DNA from: an uncultured Chthoniobacter sp.
Lineage (GTDB): Bacteria > Verrucomicrobiota > Verrucomicrobiia > Chthoniobacterales > JACTMZ01
Direction: 5' to 3'
DNA: 64,000 bases
Assembly (NCBI GenBank): GCA_964609925.1
Contig: CAZSUJ010000009.1
Location: 4,290-68,289, forward strand
Shown here: piece by piece, positions 10,194 through 20,141 of the stretch
How positions within the stretch are numbered: position 1 is the stretch's first letter
How the letters are laid out: each line of letters opens with the position of its first letter
Program-made: the position numbers and the translations under genes
Notes under the pieces: generated by a model
What the model was told of the DNA's origin: nothing
Database searches by the model: none
Seen by the model: the letters and a program-made list of their open reading frames with translations, nothing else

Positions 10194-11827
10194 GGTTTGG
10201 TGAGGCGGAAGGTTTTGGTCACCGGTTTGGCGGTGCGGATGGCGGGCTCGCTGGCGCGGCCCCATTGCCAGGCGGTCACGGCGACTTCTATGGGAAACTT
10301 CGCACCGGGTGGCACCGGCGTGAGACGGACGCTGTCGCCTTCGACAATCGCCGGTCCGTGGGCGACGAAGAATGAGACGGGCAGACCCGAGTCGGAAGTG
10401 GCGGAGACTTTGACGGACTCCGTGCCCGCGGGCACGTCCGGGATATCGTCGAAGGTGATCGTTTGCTGCGTCCCGGTGTCGTTCTTCTCGATGGTAACGT
10501 GCACAGGCTGGATCGTGCGGCGCACGCGGTCGTTCCCCTCGTGTTTCACGATGAGGTAGGTCGCCGCGCGTGCGGTCCACGTTCGGTCGGCGGCGATGCG
10601 GAATTTTCCGTCACCCAGCGGGGCGAAAGGCCCGCAGATCCACTCGGCCACCGGTGCGCCTTCGGCACGGGCCAGAGGTTCACCGGCACCGACGAAGCCG
10701 TCCGGGATGCTTTCGAGCAGGACAGGTTCAACCGTGAATTCTCCATCGCTCTTCACGAAAAGCTTGGTCACGGAATTCAGCGCGAAGGGTTCGGTGCGGC
10801 AGCCTTCGCCGGGCTCGATCGAGGCGAATTGCGCCTCCGTTGCCGGGCCCGGTTCCGAAAGGCGCTGCGCGGCTTTGGCCAGGTCCTCGTCGAAGAACCA
10901 CGGACGCTTCCGCTGTTCCTCGGTCGCCTCGGCGTAGGGAATGACAGCGAGGTCCGTCTGGCCGTCCAGCGGCAGATTCGCCAGCACGCCGCGGTTGAGA
11001 TCGACCGGCTTCAACGCCGCGGTGCCATCGTCCGGCAGGCGCGCCCGGACCGCGGCGTTGATGTATCGGGCGAAATAATCCGCCATCGGCTCCGAGCAGT
11101 AGAAGTGCCCCGTGCCGTGCTCGATCACGATGCTCAGCGGCCATCCTTGGGCGGCGCGGTTGGCGCCCCACTGTGGGTAGGAACCCGTGTCCCGCCATGT
11201 CGTGCGGATGTCCTTCTTGGACTGACCCCATTCCTGCGCTGTGCCGAGCGTCCAGAGGAGAGGGACGGTCTTGTTCTGCGGTTCGTGGGGATTCTTGACG
11301 CAGATGCCGGCGATGCAGCGGTCCGGGCGCTGGTTGAGCAGGCCGCAGACCATGAGGAGGTGGCCGGACTCGCCGACGGGAAGCCATGGCGCGGTGGCGA
11401 CCTCGGGGTAGCCGGAAACGTCGGCGAGTTGCTTCAGCAATCGCTCGAGGAACGCCACCTGCGTCTCATCCTGTCCTTTCGTCTCCTTGCGGAAGTTCCA
11501 GAAAGTCGGCACGGCCCAGACGATGCCGAGGTCGTTCTTGGCGCAGGCCTCGCGGATGGACGAGTGTCCGACCAGCATGTGCTCGGGGACGTTGGCACCG
11601 AGGATGAGAAGTCCTCGGAGCTTAGCGCAGTCATCCGGGATCCAGAGGTAGGCGGTGGATGTGTTGCGCGACTCCTCCGGCCAATCCTCATTGGTCGCGG
11701 TGACCGCCCACTGGAAAACCTGATTTTCCGGCGAGCGCGGGCCGGGAGTTGCGTGGCCTGCGGAGATTGCTGCCAGAAAAGCGGCTGCAGCGCAGCAAGA
11801 CCGGCGAGCTGCCACGAAGGCTGTCAT
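10190..11827 (-). CDS. Secreted hypothetical protein (possible alpha/beta-hydrolase-like N-half plus Ig-like C-terminal region)
   Basis: Start ATG 11827 (MTAFVAARRSCCAAAAFLAAISAGHA, signal). Coding-like composition. VGESGHLLM weakly resembles a nucleophile elbow. The C-terminus has VKVSATSDSGLPVSFFVAHGPAIVEGDSVRLTP (Ig-like). ATGA overlaps at both ends. Confidence 0.7.
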   Translation of the reverse strand: MTAFVAARRSCCAAAAFLAAISAGHATPGPRSPENQVFQWAVTATNEDWPEESRNTSTAYLWIPDDCAKLRGLLILGANVPEHMLVGHSSIREACAKNDLGIVWAVPTFWNFRKETKGQDETQVAFLERLLKQLADVSGYPEVATAPWLPVGESGHLLMVCGLLNQRPDRCIAGICVKNPHEPQNKTVPLLWTLGTAQEWGQSKKDIRTTWRDTGSYPQWGANRAAQGWPLSIVIEHGTGHFYCSEPMADYFARYINAAVRARLPDDGTAALKPVDLNRGVLANLPLDGQTDLAVIPYAEATEEQRKRPWFFDEDLAKAAQRLSEPGPATEAQFASIEPGEGCRTEPFALNSVTKLFVKSDGEFTVEPVLLESIPDGFVGAGEPLARAEGAPVAEWICGPFAPLGDGKFRIAADRTWTARAATYLIVKHEGNDRVRRTIQPVHVTIEKNDTGTQQTITFDDIPDVPAGTESVKVSATSDSGLPVSFFVAHGPAIVEGDSVRLTPVPPGAKFPIEVAVTAWQWGRASEPAIRTAKPVTKTFRLTKP

Positions 11828-12816
11828 GCCATGCGGGCGAGGCGCTCGTAGTCCACGCGGTGGCGCAGATCGACACCCGTGAGGTAACGCTCGGCTTCCT
11901 CGAGCATCCAACGTCCGAGGCGCCGGACTTCCGATCCCATGCTTCCGGCGATGTGCGGCGTGAGGATGACGTTCGGCAGTGTGCGCAGCGGCGAGTCAGG
12001 CAGCGGCGGTTCGGGATGCGTGACGTCGAGGATCGCGGTGATGTCGGTCCGCTCGCGCAACGCGGTGCAGAGCCCGGCCTCGTCCACGACAGCGCCGCGG
12101 CTGGTGTTGAGGAACGTGGCCCCCTTCTTCATCAGCCGGATCTGGTCCGCACCGATGAGTCCCTCCGTCTCGGCGATCCATGGCGTGTGCAGGCTCACCA
12201 CGTCGCTCGTGCGGAAGACCTCGTCTAGGGAGGCGAGGGTGGCGCCATGACGCGCGGCGTCCTCAGGCTCGAGGTAGGGGTCGTGCACGATGACGCGCAC
12301 TTCGTGGTTGGCGAGGAGGTCGGCGAGTCGTCGTCCGACCGCGCCAAGCGAAACCAGTCCGACCGTTGCGCCGTAGACGCCGTGGGGCTCGCCTCCGATC
12401 TTGGTGAATTTGTCGGCGGGGTCCTGCCTCGGGTAAGCCCAGAAATTCTTCAAGCTCAGGAGAATCACCGCGAGGCAATACTCCGCCACGGGGAGGCCGT
12501 TGGCTTCGGCGGCGCTCGAGATGACCAGCCCGCGTTCGACCGCGGCCGGTGTGACGAAACCCTTGACCGTGCCGGCTGCGTAAAAGACGGCTTCGAGCGA
12601 CGGGGCGGCCTCGAGGAATTCCTCGTCGAGGGTGGGGATGCCCCAGGTCGAGAAGATGAGCTCGGCGTCGGAGAGTGCGTCGCGATGCTCGCGCCAAGCG
12701 GCAGGATTGATCTCGACGGGATCCAAATCCACGAGGCGGGAAATCTCGGCGCGAATTGACGGTGGATACGCGGCGGCGAGGAGGTGCAGAGGTCCGAGGA
12801 GAATGGCTTTTTTCAT
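11824..12816 (-). CDS. D-isomer-specific 2-hydroxyacid dehydrogenase (NAD-binding), cytoplasmic
   Basis: 330 aa from ATG 12816 (MKKAILLGP...). GLVSLGAVGRRLA is the Rossmann GxGxxG motif. Also LHTPWIAETEGLI...FLNTSRGAVVDE...DVTHPEP...TPHIAG. The rest of the 670-aa track ORF is a spurious N-terminal extension. Confidence 0.9.
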   Translation of the reverse strand: MKKAILLGPLHLLAAAYPPSIRAEISRLVDLDPVEINPAAWREHRDALSDAELIFSTWGIPTLDEEFLEAAPSLEAVFYAAGTVKGFVTPAAVERGLVISSAAEANGLPVAEYCLAVILLSLKNFWAYPRQDPADKFTKIGGEPHGVYGATVGLVSLGAVGRRLADLLANHEVRVIVHDPYLEPEDAARHGATLASLDEVFRTSDVVSLHTPWIAETEGLIGADQIRLMKKGATFLNTSRGAVVDEAGLCTALRERTDITAILDVTHPEPPLPDSPLRTLPNVILTPHIAGSMGSEVRRLGRWMLEEAERYLTGVDLRHRVDYERLARMA

Positions 12817-12845
12817 GGTTGGAGACTGTCCGGTAGCACGCCTGA

Positions 12846-15236
12846 TCAGGGCGGTGGCACGGACACGTTCAGGCGCATGAAGCGTTGCGCGGGGTTGTCC
12901 CCCGGATCCAACACATCGAGCACGGTGACGTTTTCTCCCAAGTTCCCGGGGTTCTCGGCGAGAACTTTCCACGAGGTGAGGTTCGAGGTGGCTTCGACGC
13001 GGTAGGTCACGTCGCCGCGCAGACGGGGGAACGTCAGCGACTCGGGCGACGTGTGCATGGTCACAGGCGTGTTGTTGCCGCAGGCGTAGCCCATGAGTTC
13101 GTTGATGTAGGCCGGAGCGCCGTAAACGTCGGCCGAGGTGCGGTGGGAGTTGGTGTGATCTCCGTCCTGGTTGCTGTTGACGGCGATCATGTGACCGAAG
13201 GGCGGGATGGTGTCGGCCACGGTGGTGGTGCCGTTCGTGGCGGCGAGCGGGGTGACCGTGTTGGTCCAACTGCGGTGCAGTGTGGTGCGGGCGTAGTTGG
13301 TCCCGACGACGAAACTGCCGGAGTAGCTGCGGGCCGTGCCGGTGAGGTTCTGCACGATGCGGACCTTGCGCGCGTTTTCGTGGAACTGCAGCACGGCCCA
13401 GTTGGTGTTGTTCGTGAGGACGTTGTAGACGGGGGATGCTGCGGCGTTGGTGCCGCGGTGGACGTCGAGAACGAGCCAGCGGCGGGTTCCGGCGGGGAAG
13501 ATCACGGGCGCGTCGTCGCCCGCGATGGCCGGATCGTGCAGGCGGACGAGGGCGGAGAAGTCGTCGGTCGAATTGGGATCGGAAATGGCGAGGCGCTGGG
13601 TGGTGATGTTGCCGGTGAAGGTGGAAAGGGGCACCCTGGCCCGCAGATCGCCGAAGGCGAACGAATTGGTGGCCGGTTGCGTGAGGTCGAGGTAGCTGCC
13701 CATGATGCCGCGGCGGCCGCCGGAGAAGACGAGGCGCGCATCGAGTCCGTAGACCGTGCTTTGCGCGTCGGAAACGATCTGGAGGAGGCCGATGGCGCGC
13801 TCCCCGGTCAGCACCCAGAGTTGCTGTCCCATCCACGGGGTGACGCCGTTGCTCCAGTTGGGCGACGCGGCGGCGCTGGTCCGCCTCGAGATGCGGTAGG
13901 TGGTGGAGAGAGTTCCGAAGTTCCGCCTCGTGATCGTGCGCGTCCGCTCGTCCTGCGCGAGGTAGCGATACTTCGACCCGCGCATCAGGTCGGTCTCTTC
14001 ACCGGGGGATTCTTTGAATTCGACCAGCACGGTATCGAGGGCACCCTTGAGCGACGTTCTGTTGGTGACCGCGCCCAGCGCAAAGGCGCCGACGAACGTG
14101 GCCTTGCCGCACTGCCGTCCGTCGTAGCCTTGGGTCGCGATGAGGTCGGCGTTCTCGGGGCCGCCATCCTGCACGTTCCGCCCGTTGACCGTCCATCCCC
14201 ACACCCCGCCGAAGCGGCCGCGCGGGCCCTGGATGTTGGCGTCGAAGAATACCCCGACGTCCGTTGGCGGTGTGCGCGTGATGCGGTCGGGTTGGTAGAG
14301 GATCGTGTTGAGGAGTTCGGTCGAGGTGGCGGTCTCCTCGGGTTTGCCGAAGAAGTAGTTGTAGCCGTCGTTGTAGAGGTAGGCCTTCCACAGCGAGGAC
14401 TTCGTGCTGCGGATGTTGTTATACATGTGCTTGTAGGGGATGTTCGACGACTGCTCGGTGAAGCCGTCGGGCTCGTTGGCCACGACGGAGTAGCGCAGCG
14501 TCGCATCAACGAGGCGCTTGGCCGCGGGCGAGCCGGTGATTTTCCACCACCAGAGGAAGCAGCGGATGGTTTCGTCATGGTAGGTCGAGACCTCGCCCCA
14601 GAATCCGACGTAGCGCGTGGCTCCGTCGCCGAGGGCGTTGAGCGCGAGGACATCGTCGATGGATTTGCGCGCCGTCTCCGCCGTGGCGGCATCGCCCCGG
14701 GCTAGGGCGCCGAAGTAGAGCGCCATGGCCAGGCGGATGTCGCCGTTCAGCCAGCCCTGAGCGAGGATGCCCTGGTTGTAGAGGAGGGGGTTGTCCGAAA
14801 GGATCGAGTTCTGGTTGGTGAGGATGGCATCCTCATAAAGGGCGATGCGGGTCGGTGACAGCGATTCGGGGGCGTGTTGCTTGAGCAGGTAGTAGGCGTA
14901 GTGCGCCTGCCAGATGCTGCCGATATCTCGCAACTCCTGGCCGGATCCCCAGAGGCCGAAGCGGTGATCGAGAAGGACGAGAAGACGGTCGAGGTAGGCG
15001 CTCTGCCCCTTCACGGGGCTGTCCGGTGAAAGATAGCCGTAGACTGCGAGCAGGATTTCATCGCCAGCCTTGCCGGTGTCCGGTTGCGGGACGGGGTCGC
15101 CGGTCTTCACTCCCCGCGGAAAGACCGCGGCGATGTTCGGTGCGTCCGGGTTCAGCGCGACGAATTCATGCGGCGCGGCGGCCGCCCCGCGGATGGCGCA
15201 CAAGATGACGGCTGCGATGAGGGGCCCGGTCTTCAT
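12846..15236 (-). CDS. Secreted hypothetical protein: alpha/alpha-toroid-like N-half, beta-rich C-half, shared C-terminal module (possible novel polysaccharide lyase/hydrolase)
   Basis: 796 aa. MKTGPLIAAVILCAIRGAAAAP is a signal peptide. The protein ends ...INELMGYACGNNTP...LTFPRLRGDVTYRVEATSNLTSWKVLAENPG...PAQRFMRLNVSVPPP. ATGA overlap with the upstream gene at 15233-15236. Confidence 0.8.
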   Translation of the reverse strand: MKTGPLIAAVILCAIRGAAAAPHEFVALNPDAPNIAAVFPRGVKTGDPVPQPDTGKAGDEILLAVYGYLSPDSPVKGQSAYLDRLLVLLDHRFGLWGSGQELRDIGSIWQAHYAYYLLKQHAPESLSPTRIALYEDAILTNQNSILSDNPLLYNQGILAQGWLNGDIRLAMALYFGALARGDAATAETARKSIDDVLALNALGDGATRYVGFWGEVSTYHDETIRCFLWWWKITGSPAAKRLVDATLRYSVVANEPDGFTEQSSNIPYKHMYNNIRSTKSSLWKAYLYNDGYNYFFGKPEETATSTELLNTILYQPDRITRTPPTDVGVFFDANIQGPRGRFGGVWGWTVNGRNVQDGGPENADLIATQGYDGRQCGKATFVGAFALGAVTNRTSLKGALDTVLVEFKESPGEETDLMRGSKYRYLAQDERTRTITRRNFGTLSTTYRISRRTSAAASPNWSNGVTPWMGQQLWVLTGERAIGLLQIVSDAQSTVYGLDARLVFSGGRRGIMGSYLDLTQPATNSFAFGDLRARVPLSTFTGNITTQRLAISDPNSTDDFSALVRLHDPAIAGDDAPVIFPAGTRRWLVLDVHRGTNAAASPVYNVLTNNTNWAVLQFHENARKVRIVQNLTGTARSYSGSFVVGTNYARTTLHRSWTNTVTPLAATNGTTTVADTIPPFGHMIAVNSNQDGDHTNSHRTSADVYGAPAYINELMGYACGNNTPVTMHTSPESLTFPRLRGDVTYRVEATSNLTSWKVLAENPGNLGENVTVLDVLDPGDNPAQRFMRLNVSVPPP

Positions 15237-18200
15237 GGGGCGGCGGCGAGTTCGGGGCTGATCGTTTCGCCTTCGCGGAGGATCCGTGCGCGGGTCCGTC
15301 CATCATCCCCGGAAACGAACTCCACGCGATCCTCGCCCTTGGGCCAGGCAATGGTGGTGCGGGAATCCCCGGGGGCGGAGGAGATGCGGGGCAAAGGATC
15401 GCCCGCGCGCACGGGCAGAAGGAGGACGCGGAAACGGGCCTCCTGGCCGCGGTTGTTGATGAGAAGCTGGTTCAGGAACTGGCTGGATCCGTCCTTCGCG
15501 GGCGGACAGGCGATGCGCTTCACCTCGAAGAGTGGCAGGTCCTTGCGCGGGTCGGCAGAGAGTCCGGCCGCGTGCAAAAGAAGAAGCGGTTGGCCGCGGG
15601 CGGGACGAATGGTCGAGGGGGCAGCCGAGGATTTCGGATCGGCGTCCTGCCCTGTGGAGGCGAGCGCGATGGTATCCGCCGGCAGGCCGGGCACATCGGC
15701 CAGCCAGACGCCGCCGTTGAGCATGGCCGACCACTGGTAGAGGCGCTCCTTCTCGTCCTTCTTCAGGTCATCCACGACAAAGCCCCACGGATGCGGGCCA
15801 CGCACCAGGCCGACGGTGCGGAAGACGCGCTCCATCGGGTTGAATTTCGCGCGGGAGGTGGCGATGTAGTTCGAGGAGTTGTAGTTCGGCCACCACGGGC
15901 GCCACTTCGAGCGGGCTGTGCCGGCGAAGATGCGCGCGATCTGCGGCGAGGGGTCCATTTCCCAATCGAGCGCGGACCACTCGGCTGTCCAAACCGGCGG
16001 CGGTTGCGTGTTCCATCTCCACGAGTAGGCGTAGGCGAGGTCGGCTGCAGCGAGCGAGCCGGCTGCGGTCGCGGCGGCGCCGAGATAGCGGGCCGCGGCG
16101 TTGTAGCCGTTCGAGACACCCGGAACGCCCCCGTCCAGTCCGCCCGGTTGGGAGAGCCCGTCCACCATGACGAGGTTATGGAAGTTGCCCGAGTAGGCCT
16201 GCGTGAAGGGCGATTCGGTGATCCAATCGACCCCGAGGGCCGAGAAGTGGAACATACCCGCGTCCGCGTGGTGGTGCCCGGCGCCGAGGTAATGGCTGGG
16301 GCGCACCATCATGTTGATCCATGCCGCGTCCGGCGAACGGTCGCTATAGGCCGAGAACACGCCGTGGGACGGCGCGTCGAAGTCGAGCGGCAGGCCGAGG
16401 TCGGCGCGCGTGGTCGGTTCAAGGTCGCTGTCGAAGAGGACGGCTGCGACGAATCCCGGGTAGGTCAGGCTTGGCAGCCGCAGGCGCTTGTCGGCGGCGG
16501 CCGCCTTGCGGTGGGCCTCCGCGTCGAAGTCCGGCCCCGGAAACCGCGTGCCGACGAGCCCGGCCGCGGTGGCGAGGTAGTCCGGCAGTCGGCTCTGCGG
16601 GTAGAACGACTTCCACTGGGGAAGGAGGCTGGCGGACAGGGCCTCGCGGCTGTGCGGGACGAACTGCGTGCCGCTGTTGGGAATGACGCGGCCGTTGGGC
16701 GAGGTCATCTGGACCTGACCCTCCAGCAGACGTCGCCAATGCGGGTGGGCGAAGAGGTTTTCGCCGCGCCGCGAGCTGATGACCATCGAGAGAAGCTGGA
16801 ATTGCAGGCCGCCTCCCGTCTTGCCGTTGCTCTCGAAGATGACGCCTGCCGGGTCGATGCCCCACTCGCAGAACGCGCGCACGCTTTCGCGGCCGACGGC
16901 GAAGGCCTCCTCGTCGAACCCCGGCAATCCCTCGATCGCCGCCACGGCGATGAAGTGGGTCAGATCCCAGGCCATCCAGTTGACGTCCCGGACGCGCGGA
17001 GGGCCGTCCTGTCCGTGCGAACGCCGTCCGTAGGTCGCCTTGGCGATGACGCGGCGCATGGTGTCCTTCTGCTCCGGCGTCATCCAGCGGCCGGCGAGGT
17101 CGAGGCTCAGCCCGAGGTTCATGTGCGCGACGAGACCGTGGATGTTGCGCCAGTGGGTGCGGGCGCCCGAGCCGTTGAGCGGATCGAGGGAGCCGTCGGG
17201 CAGGCGCAGGGAGGAACCGAACTCGGAGTCGCTGATGGCGAGCCATTGGTCGATCAGGGGTTCGCGCAACTGGTAGTAATTGGCCACGGCTGCCGCAACC
17301 TCGCGGCCGCGCTCGTCATCGTTCGCGAGCAGGCAATAGAGCGCCATCGCGGTGAGGCACTCCGGGACGTAGGCGACGTGGGACGAGTAGATGCCCGCTT
17401 TCTGGTCCTTGAACATGTGCGCGGCCGAGCGGGTGGCAACCTGCTCGGGTCGCACGTTGTCGGGCCACTCGAGGCCGTCGAGTTGTCCGGTTGCGAGTTT
17501 GCGGAAGACCTGTCCGTCGCTCGTCGTGGGGTCCCACCACGACTTGCGGAAAAGCTCCTCCATCTCGATCAGCGCCTTGCGACCGGTGCCGGTCGCCTTC
17601 ACGCGCGCGCGGATCGCAGGCAGGTCGGATTCGCTGAAGAGAAGGCGCGGGTAGACTCCCGGTTCGGGCACGGCCGAGCCGAACATCGCCTTGTTGATGC
17701 CCGTTTCATCGTAATCGCTCGCGGGGACCATCGGCCATTGCGTCTGCGGTCCTTCCAGAAGCGCGATCTGCTCCGCGGTCACCTTGACGTGATTCGTCCA
17801 TTCGCCCTGCCGCGCGAGGAGAGGGATGTTCCTCGCGGCGATCCCGGGATCGGCGAATGACTCGGGCGTGTCGAAGAGCGTCACGATGCTTTCCATCAAC
17901 GAGGGCTCCGCGGGCGCCTTCCATTCTTCCTTCGCCGCGACCATGAGCCCGGAGGGATGGCGCGTCACCTTGAGGCCCGCGGCGGCGGCCGCGGCGTCGA
18001 ATGCGACGTAAGGCTCGCCAGCGATCTCCACCGTCGGTGTTGCTGTCGCAGCCGCTGCGGATGGCGCCAGTAGTTCGCTCGGCCGGTAAACCCAGCGGTC
18101 GGAGATTTTGGCGAGATCGGCTGGCACTGGCGACGGTTGCGTTGCGCCGTCGCCGAGCAATCGGGCGAACGATGCCGGGACGAACATCGTCCCGCCGCGG

Positions 18201-18475
18201 AGTTCCGCCGCAGCATGAAGAAGGTTGGTCTCGCTCAGGCGGGTGCGTGCGCCTCCGACGTAGCCGTAGCGGCTGCCGGGAAAGACGGCGATGCCGGGGC
18301 CGAGCGCATCGAGCGCCATGCCGATCGAACTGCGCGTGTAGGGCAGTCCCTTGTCCTGCAGCGGTGGGGGCAAGACCACCGGTTCTCCCGCGTGGGCAGC
18401 GGCGAGGGCGCAGGCCATGACCAACACGGCTGCGGACAGGCGCCGTGGCATGGAGGCATGCGGTGAGGGTAGCAT
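15233..18475 (-). CDS. Secreted heparinase II/III-like protein with N-terminal copper-amine-oxidase-N (stalk)-like domain
   Basis: 1080 aa, starting at ATG 18475 or 18451. The signal is RRLSAAVLVMACALAAAHA. GGTMFVPASFARLLG is a stalk-domain motif. GAGHHHADAGMFHFSALGVDWITESPFTQAYSGNFHNLVMVDGLSQ is the classic Hepar_II_III motif. VFRTVGLVRGPHPWGFVVDDLKKD is shared with the two paralogs. Confidence 0.85.
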   Translation of the reverse strand: MLPSPHASMPRRLSAAVLVMACALAAAHAGEPVVLPPPLQDKGLPYTRSSIGMALDALGPGIAVFPGSRYGYVGGARTRLSETNLLHAAAELRGGTMFVPASFARLLGDGATQPSPVPADLAKISDRWVYRPSELLAPSAAAATATPTVEIAGEPYVAFDAAAAAAGLKVTRHPSGLMVAAKEEWKAPAEPSLMESIVTLFDTPESFADPGIAARNIPLLARQGEWTNHVKVTAEQIALLEGPQTQWPMVPASDYDETGINKAMFGSAVPEPGVYPRLLFSESDLPAIRARVKATGTGRKALIEMEELFRKSWWDPTTSDGQVFRKLATGQLDGLEWPDNVRPEQVATRSAAHMFKDQKAGIYSSHVAYVPECLTAMALYCLLANDDERGREVAAAVANYYQLREPLIDQWLAISDSEFGSSLRLPDGSLDPLNGSGARTHWRNIHGLVAHMNLGLSLDLAGRWMTPEQKDTMRRVIAKATYGRRSHGQDGPPRVRDVNWMAWDLTHFIAVAAIEGLPGFDEEAFAVGRESVRAFCEWGIDPAGVIFESNGKTGGGLQFQLLSMVISSRRGENLFAHPHWRRLLEGQVQMTSPNGRVIPNSGTQFVPHSREALSASLLPQWKSFYPQSRLPDYLATAAGLVGTRFPGPDFDAEAHRKAAAADKRLRLPSLTYPGFVAAVLFDSDLEPTTRADLGLPLDFDAPSHGVFSAYSDRSPDAAWINMMVRPSHYLGAGHHHADAGMFHFSALGVDWITESPFTQAYSGNFHNLVMVDGLSQPGGLDGGVPGVSNGYNAAARYLGAAATAAGSLAAADLAYAYSWRWNTQPPPVWTAEWSALDWEMDPSPQIARIFAGTARSKWRPWWPNYNSSNYIATSRAKFNPMERVFRTVGLVRGPHPWGFVVDDLKKDEKERLYQWSAMLNGGVWLADVPGLPADTIALASTGQDADPKSSAAPSTIRPARGQPLLLLHAAGLSADPRKDLPLFEVKRIACPPAKDGSSQFLNQLLINNRGQEARFRVLLLPVRAGDPLPRISSAPGDSRTTIAWPKGEDRVEFVSGDDGRTRARILREGETISPELAAAP

Positions 18476-18622
18476 CGTTCGAAGGGAGGTGGACCGACGT
18501 TCCGGCCGGGAACTTACAGGAAGTTGCGGTCAGAGTCCCCGGCAAGGATTGGTTGTCTTGCGGGAATCCCGCGGCGCGATTCCCTGGAATGATGGGCTGG
18601 AAACATGTCGTGGCTGCCGGGT

Positions 18623-20134
18623 TCAGGGCTCGACGGAAAGCCGCCACGGAGAGACGGGGAGAGATTCGTCGGTGAAGATCGTCAGCGTGCAGAAGTTCCG
18701 CCAGCCGTAGCGCACGTGTTTTGCTTCGCCGGGCGGGGTGAGGATGAGCGTGCGGCCGTCTTCCGAAACAGCCGTCGCCGTGGGGGCCTGCCAAGTTGAG
18801 CCGTCTGCCGAGACCTCGAGCGTGGGGACCAGAGGGTCGCGCAGTTCAAGGCGACCGGGCAGATCATCGAAGGTGATTTCCAAACGTCCGTCCCGCGTGA
18901 CCACCCGGCTTGCGTTCGGGCTCTGCGCGGCGGAACCCGTCTCGCCGTAAACGCGCGACAACGCGAGTCGCGCGAATCTCTCGCCGATGGGTTGCTTGTC
19001 GATCGGGTGGACGTTGTGGCGTTCCCCGCGATCGAGTGTGACGACGAAGCCCGAATGCGGGTCGGCCTTGGCGACCGCCGTCTGGCCCTCGCGCAGTTTG
19101 GCGAAGGCATCCCCGTCGTCGGGTTGCCGGTGGGTCGGAGTCGAGACCTGAGCGATGAAGAACGGCATTTCGGACTGACCCCAATCGCGACGCATCTCCG
19201 CACGGAGCGCGGTGAGCAGGGCCGGGTAGTCGTCCGGCTTCCCGGCATTGTTCTCGCCCTGATACCAGAGCACGCCGCGCGCCGTGTAGGGCGTGATGAG
19301 CGAGAACATGGATTCGCGCAGGCCCGCCGGACGCGACTTGCTGCGGAAGCCGTAGGGTTCCTTGGGCTCGGGTCCGAGTTCCGCCTCGGGCGTGCCCGCC
19401 TTCTTCCTCTCCTCGTAGCTCTTCTTCGCGACCTGGAATTCCTGCCACGCCTTCTCGTAGGAAGCGGCGTCTGGGAACAACGCGCGCTTCTTCTCATCCT
19501 CATCGAGAGTGGCCTTGAACCCGGCGCCCGCGATGGCCTCGCGGCTCATCCATGCCTCGATGGGGGTGCCCCCGAAGCTGCAGTTCACGAGCCCGACCGG
19601 CACGCCGAGTTTCTTTTGCAACGCATCGGCGAAGAAATAGCCGACGGCACCGAAGAACGGCGCGGACGCCTTGTCGAACGGCTTCCAGCCGAACGCGGGG
19701 AGGGGATCGCCTTCGTAGGGACGCAACGGGATCTTGAGCTGCCGGATGCGCGGGTTGTCGGCCGTCGCCAGCAGAGCGTCAGTGAGTGGGGCGCATTGGT
19801 TGAGCCTCCACTCCATGTTCGACTGTCCGGTCAGCAGCCACACCTCGCCGACGGCAATGTTCTTCAACTCCACGACCGAATCACCGCGGAGGGTAAGCGT
19901 GGCGGAATCCGTCGCGGGCATGGCTGGCAGGGTGACCGACCATTTCCCGTCCCGCACCTCAGCCGAGGCCTTGTGGCCGAGCATCTCCACTTCCACTCTC
20001 TCCCCGTCACGTCCCGTGCCCCAGACCTCAACCGGCTTGTCGCGCTGCAGCACGGCGTTGTCGGTGAACACGGGCGCGAACTGCGCGGCCGACGCCGCGG
20101 AGATGAGAGTCAGGAGTGCGATGAGTGTTTTCAT
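18623..20134 (-). CDS. Sialate O-acetylesterase-like SGNH carbohydrate esterase, secreted
   Basis: 503 aa. MKTLIALLTLISAASAAQ is a signal peptide. PVFTDNAVLQRDKPVEVWG...GEVWLLTGQSNMEW is the family signature (GQSNM block). Confidence 0.9.
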   Translation of the reverse strand: MKTLIALLTLISAASAAQFAPVFTDNAVLQRDKPVEVWGTGRDGERVEVEMLGHKASAEVRDGKWSVTLPAMPATDSATLTLRGDSVVELKNIAVGEVWLLTGQSNMEWRLNQCAPLTDALLATADNPRIRQLKIPLRPYEGDPLPAFGWKPFDKASAPFFGAVGYFFADALQKKLGVPVGLVNCSFGGTPIEAWMSREAIAGAGFKATLDEDEKKRALFPDAASYEKAWQEFQVAKKSYEERKKAGTPEAELGPEPKEPYGFRSKSRPAGLRESMFSLITPYTARGVLWYQGENNAGKPDDYPALLTALRAEMRRDWGQSEMPFFIAQVSTPTHRQPDDGDAFAKLREGQTAVAKADPHSGFVVTLDRGERHNVHPIDKQPIGERFARLALSRVYGETGSAAQSPNASRVVTRDGRLEITFDDLPGRLELRDPLVPTLEVSADGSTWQAPTATAVSEDGRTLILTPPGEAKHVRYGWRNFCTLTIFTDESLPVSPWRLSVEP

Positions 20135-20141
20135 GAGTGGG

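Noticed and set aside
10194-10580. Long N-terminal extensions of track ORFs: 8463-10580, 11824-13836, 20142-21680, 34724-38008, 36214-38661, and 28419-32807 in part.
   Set aside because: The extensions are Arg-rich junk overlapping the upstream gene in another frame. Internal ATG or TTG starts give proper signal peptides or canonical family N-termini and create the recurrent 4-nt overlap junctions.
18476-18622. The hairpin GGGAATC-N9-GATTCCC between the acetylesterase and the heparinase-like gene, considered as a terminator or an RNA gene.
   Set aside because: It has no T-tract, a short stem and no recognisable tRNA or ncRNA structure. It is probably an intra-operon spacer element at most.
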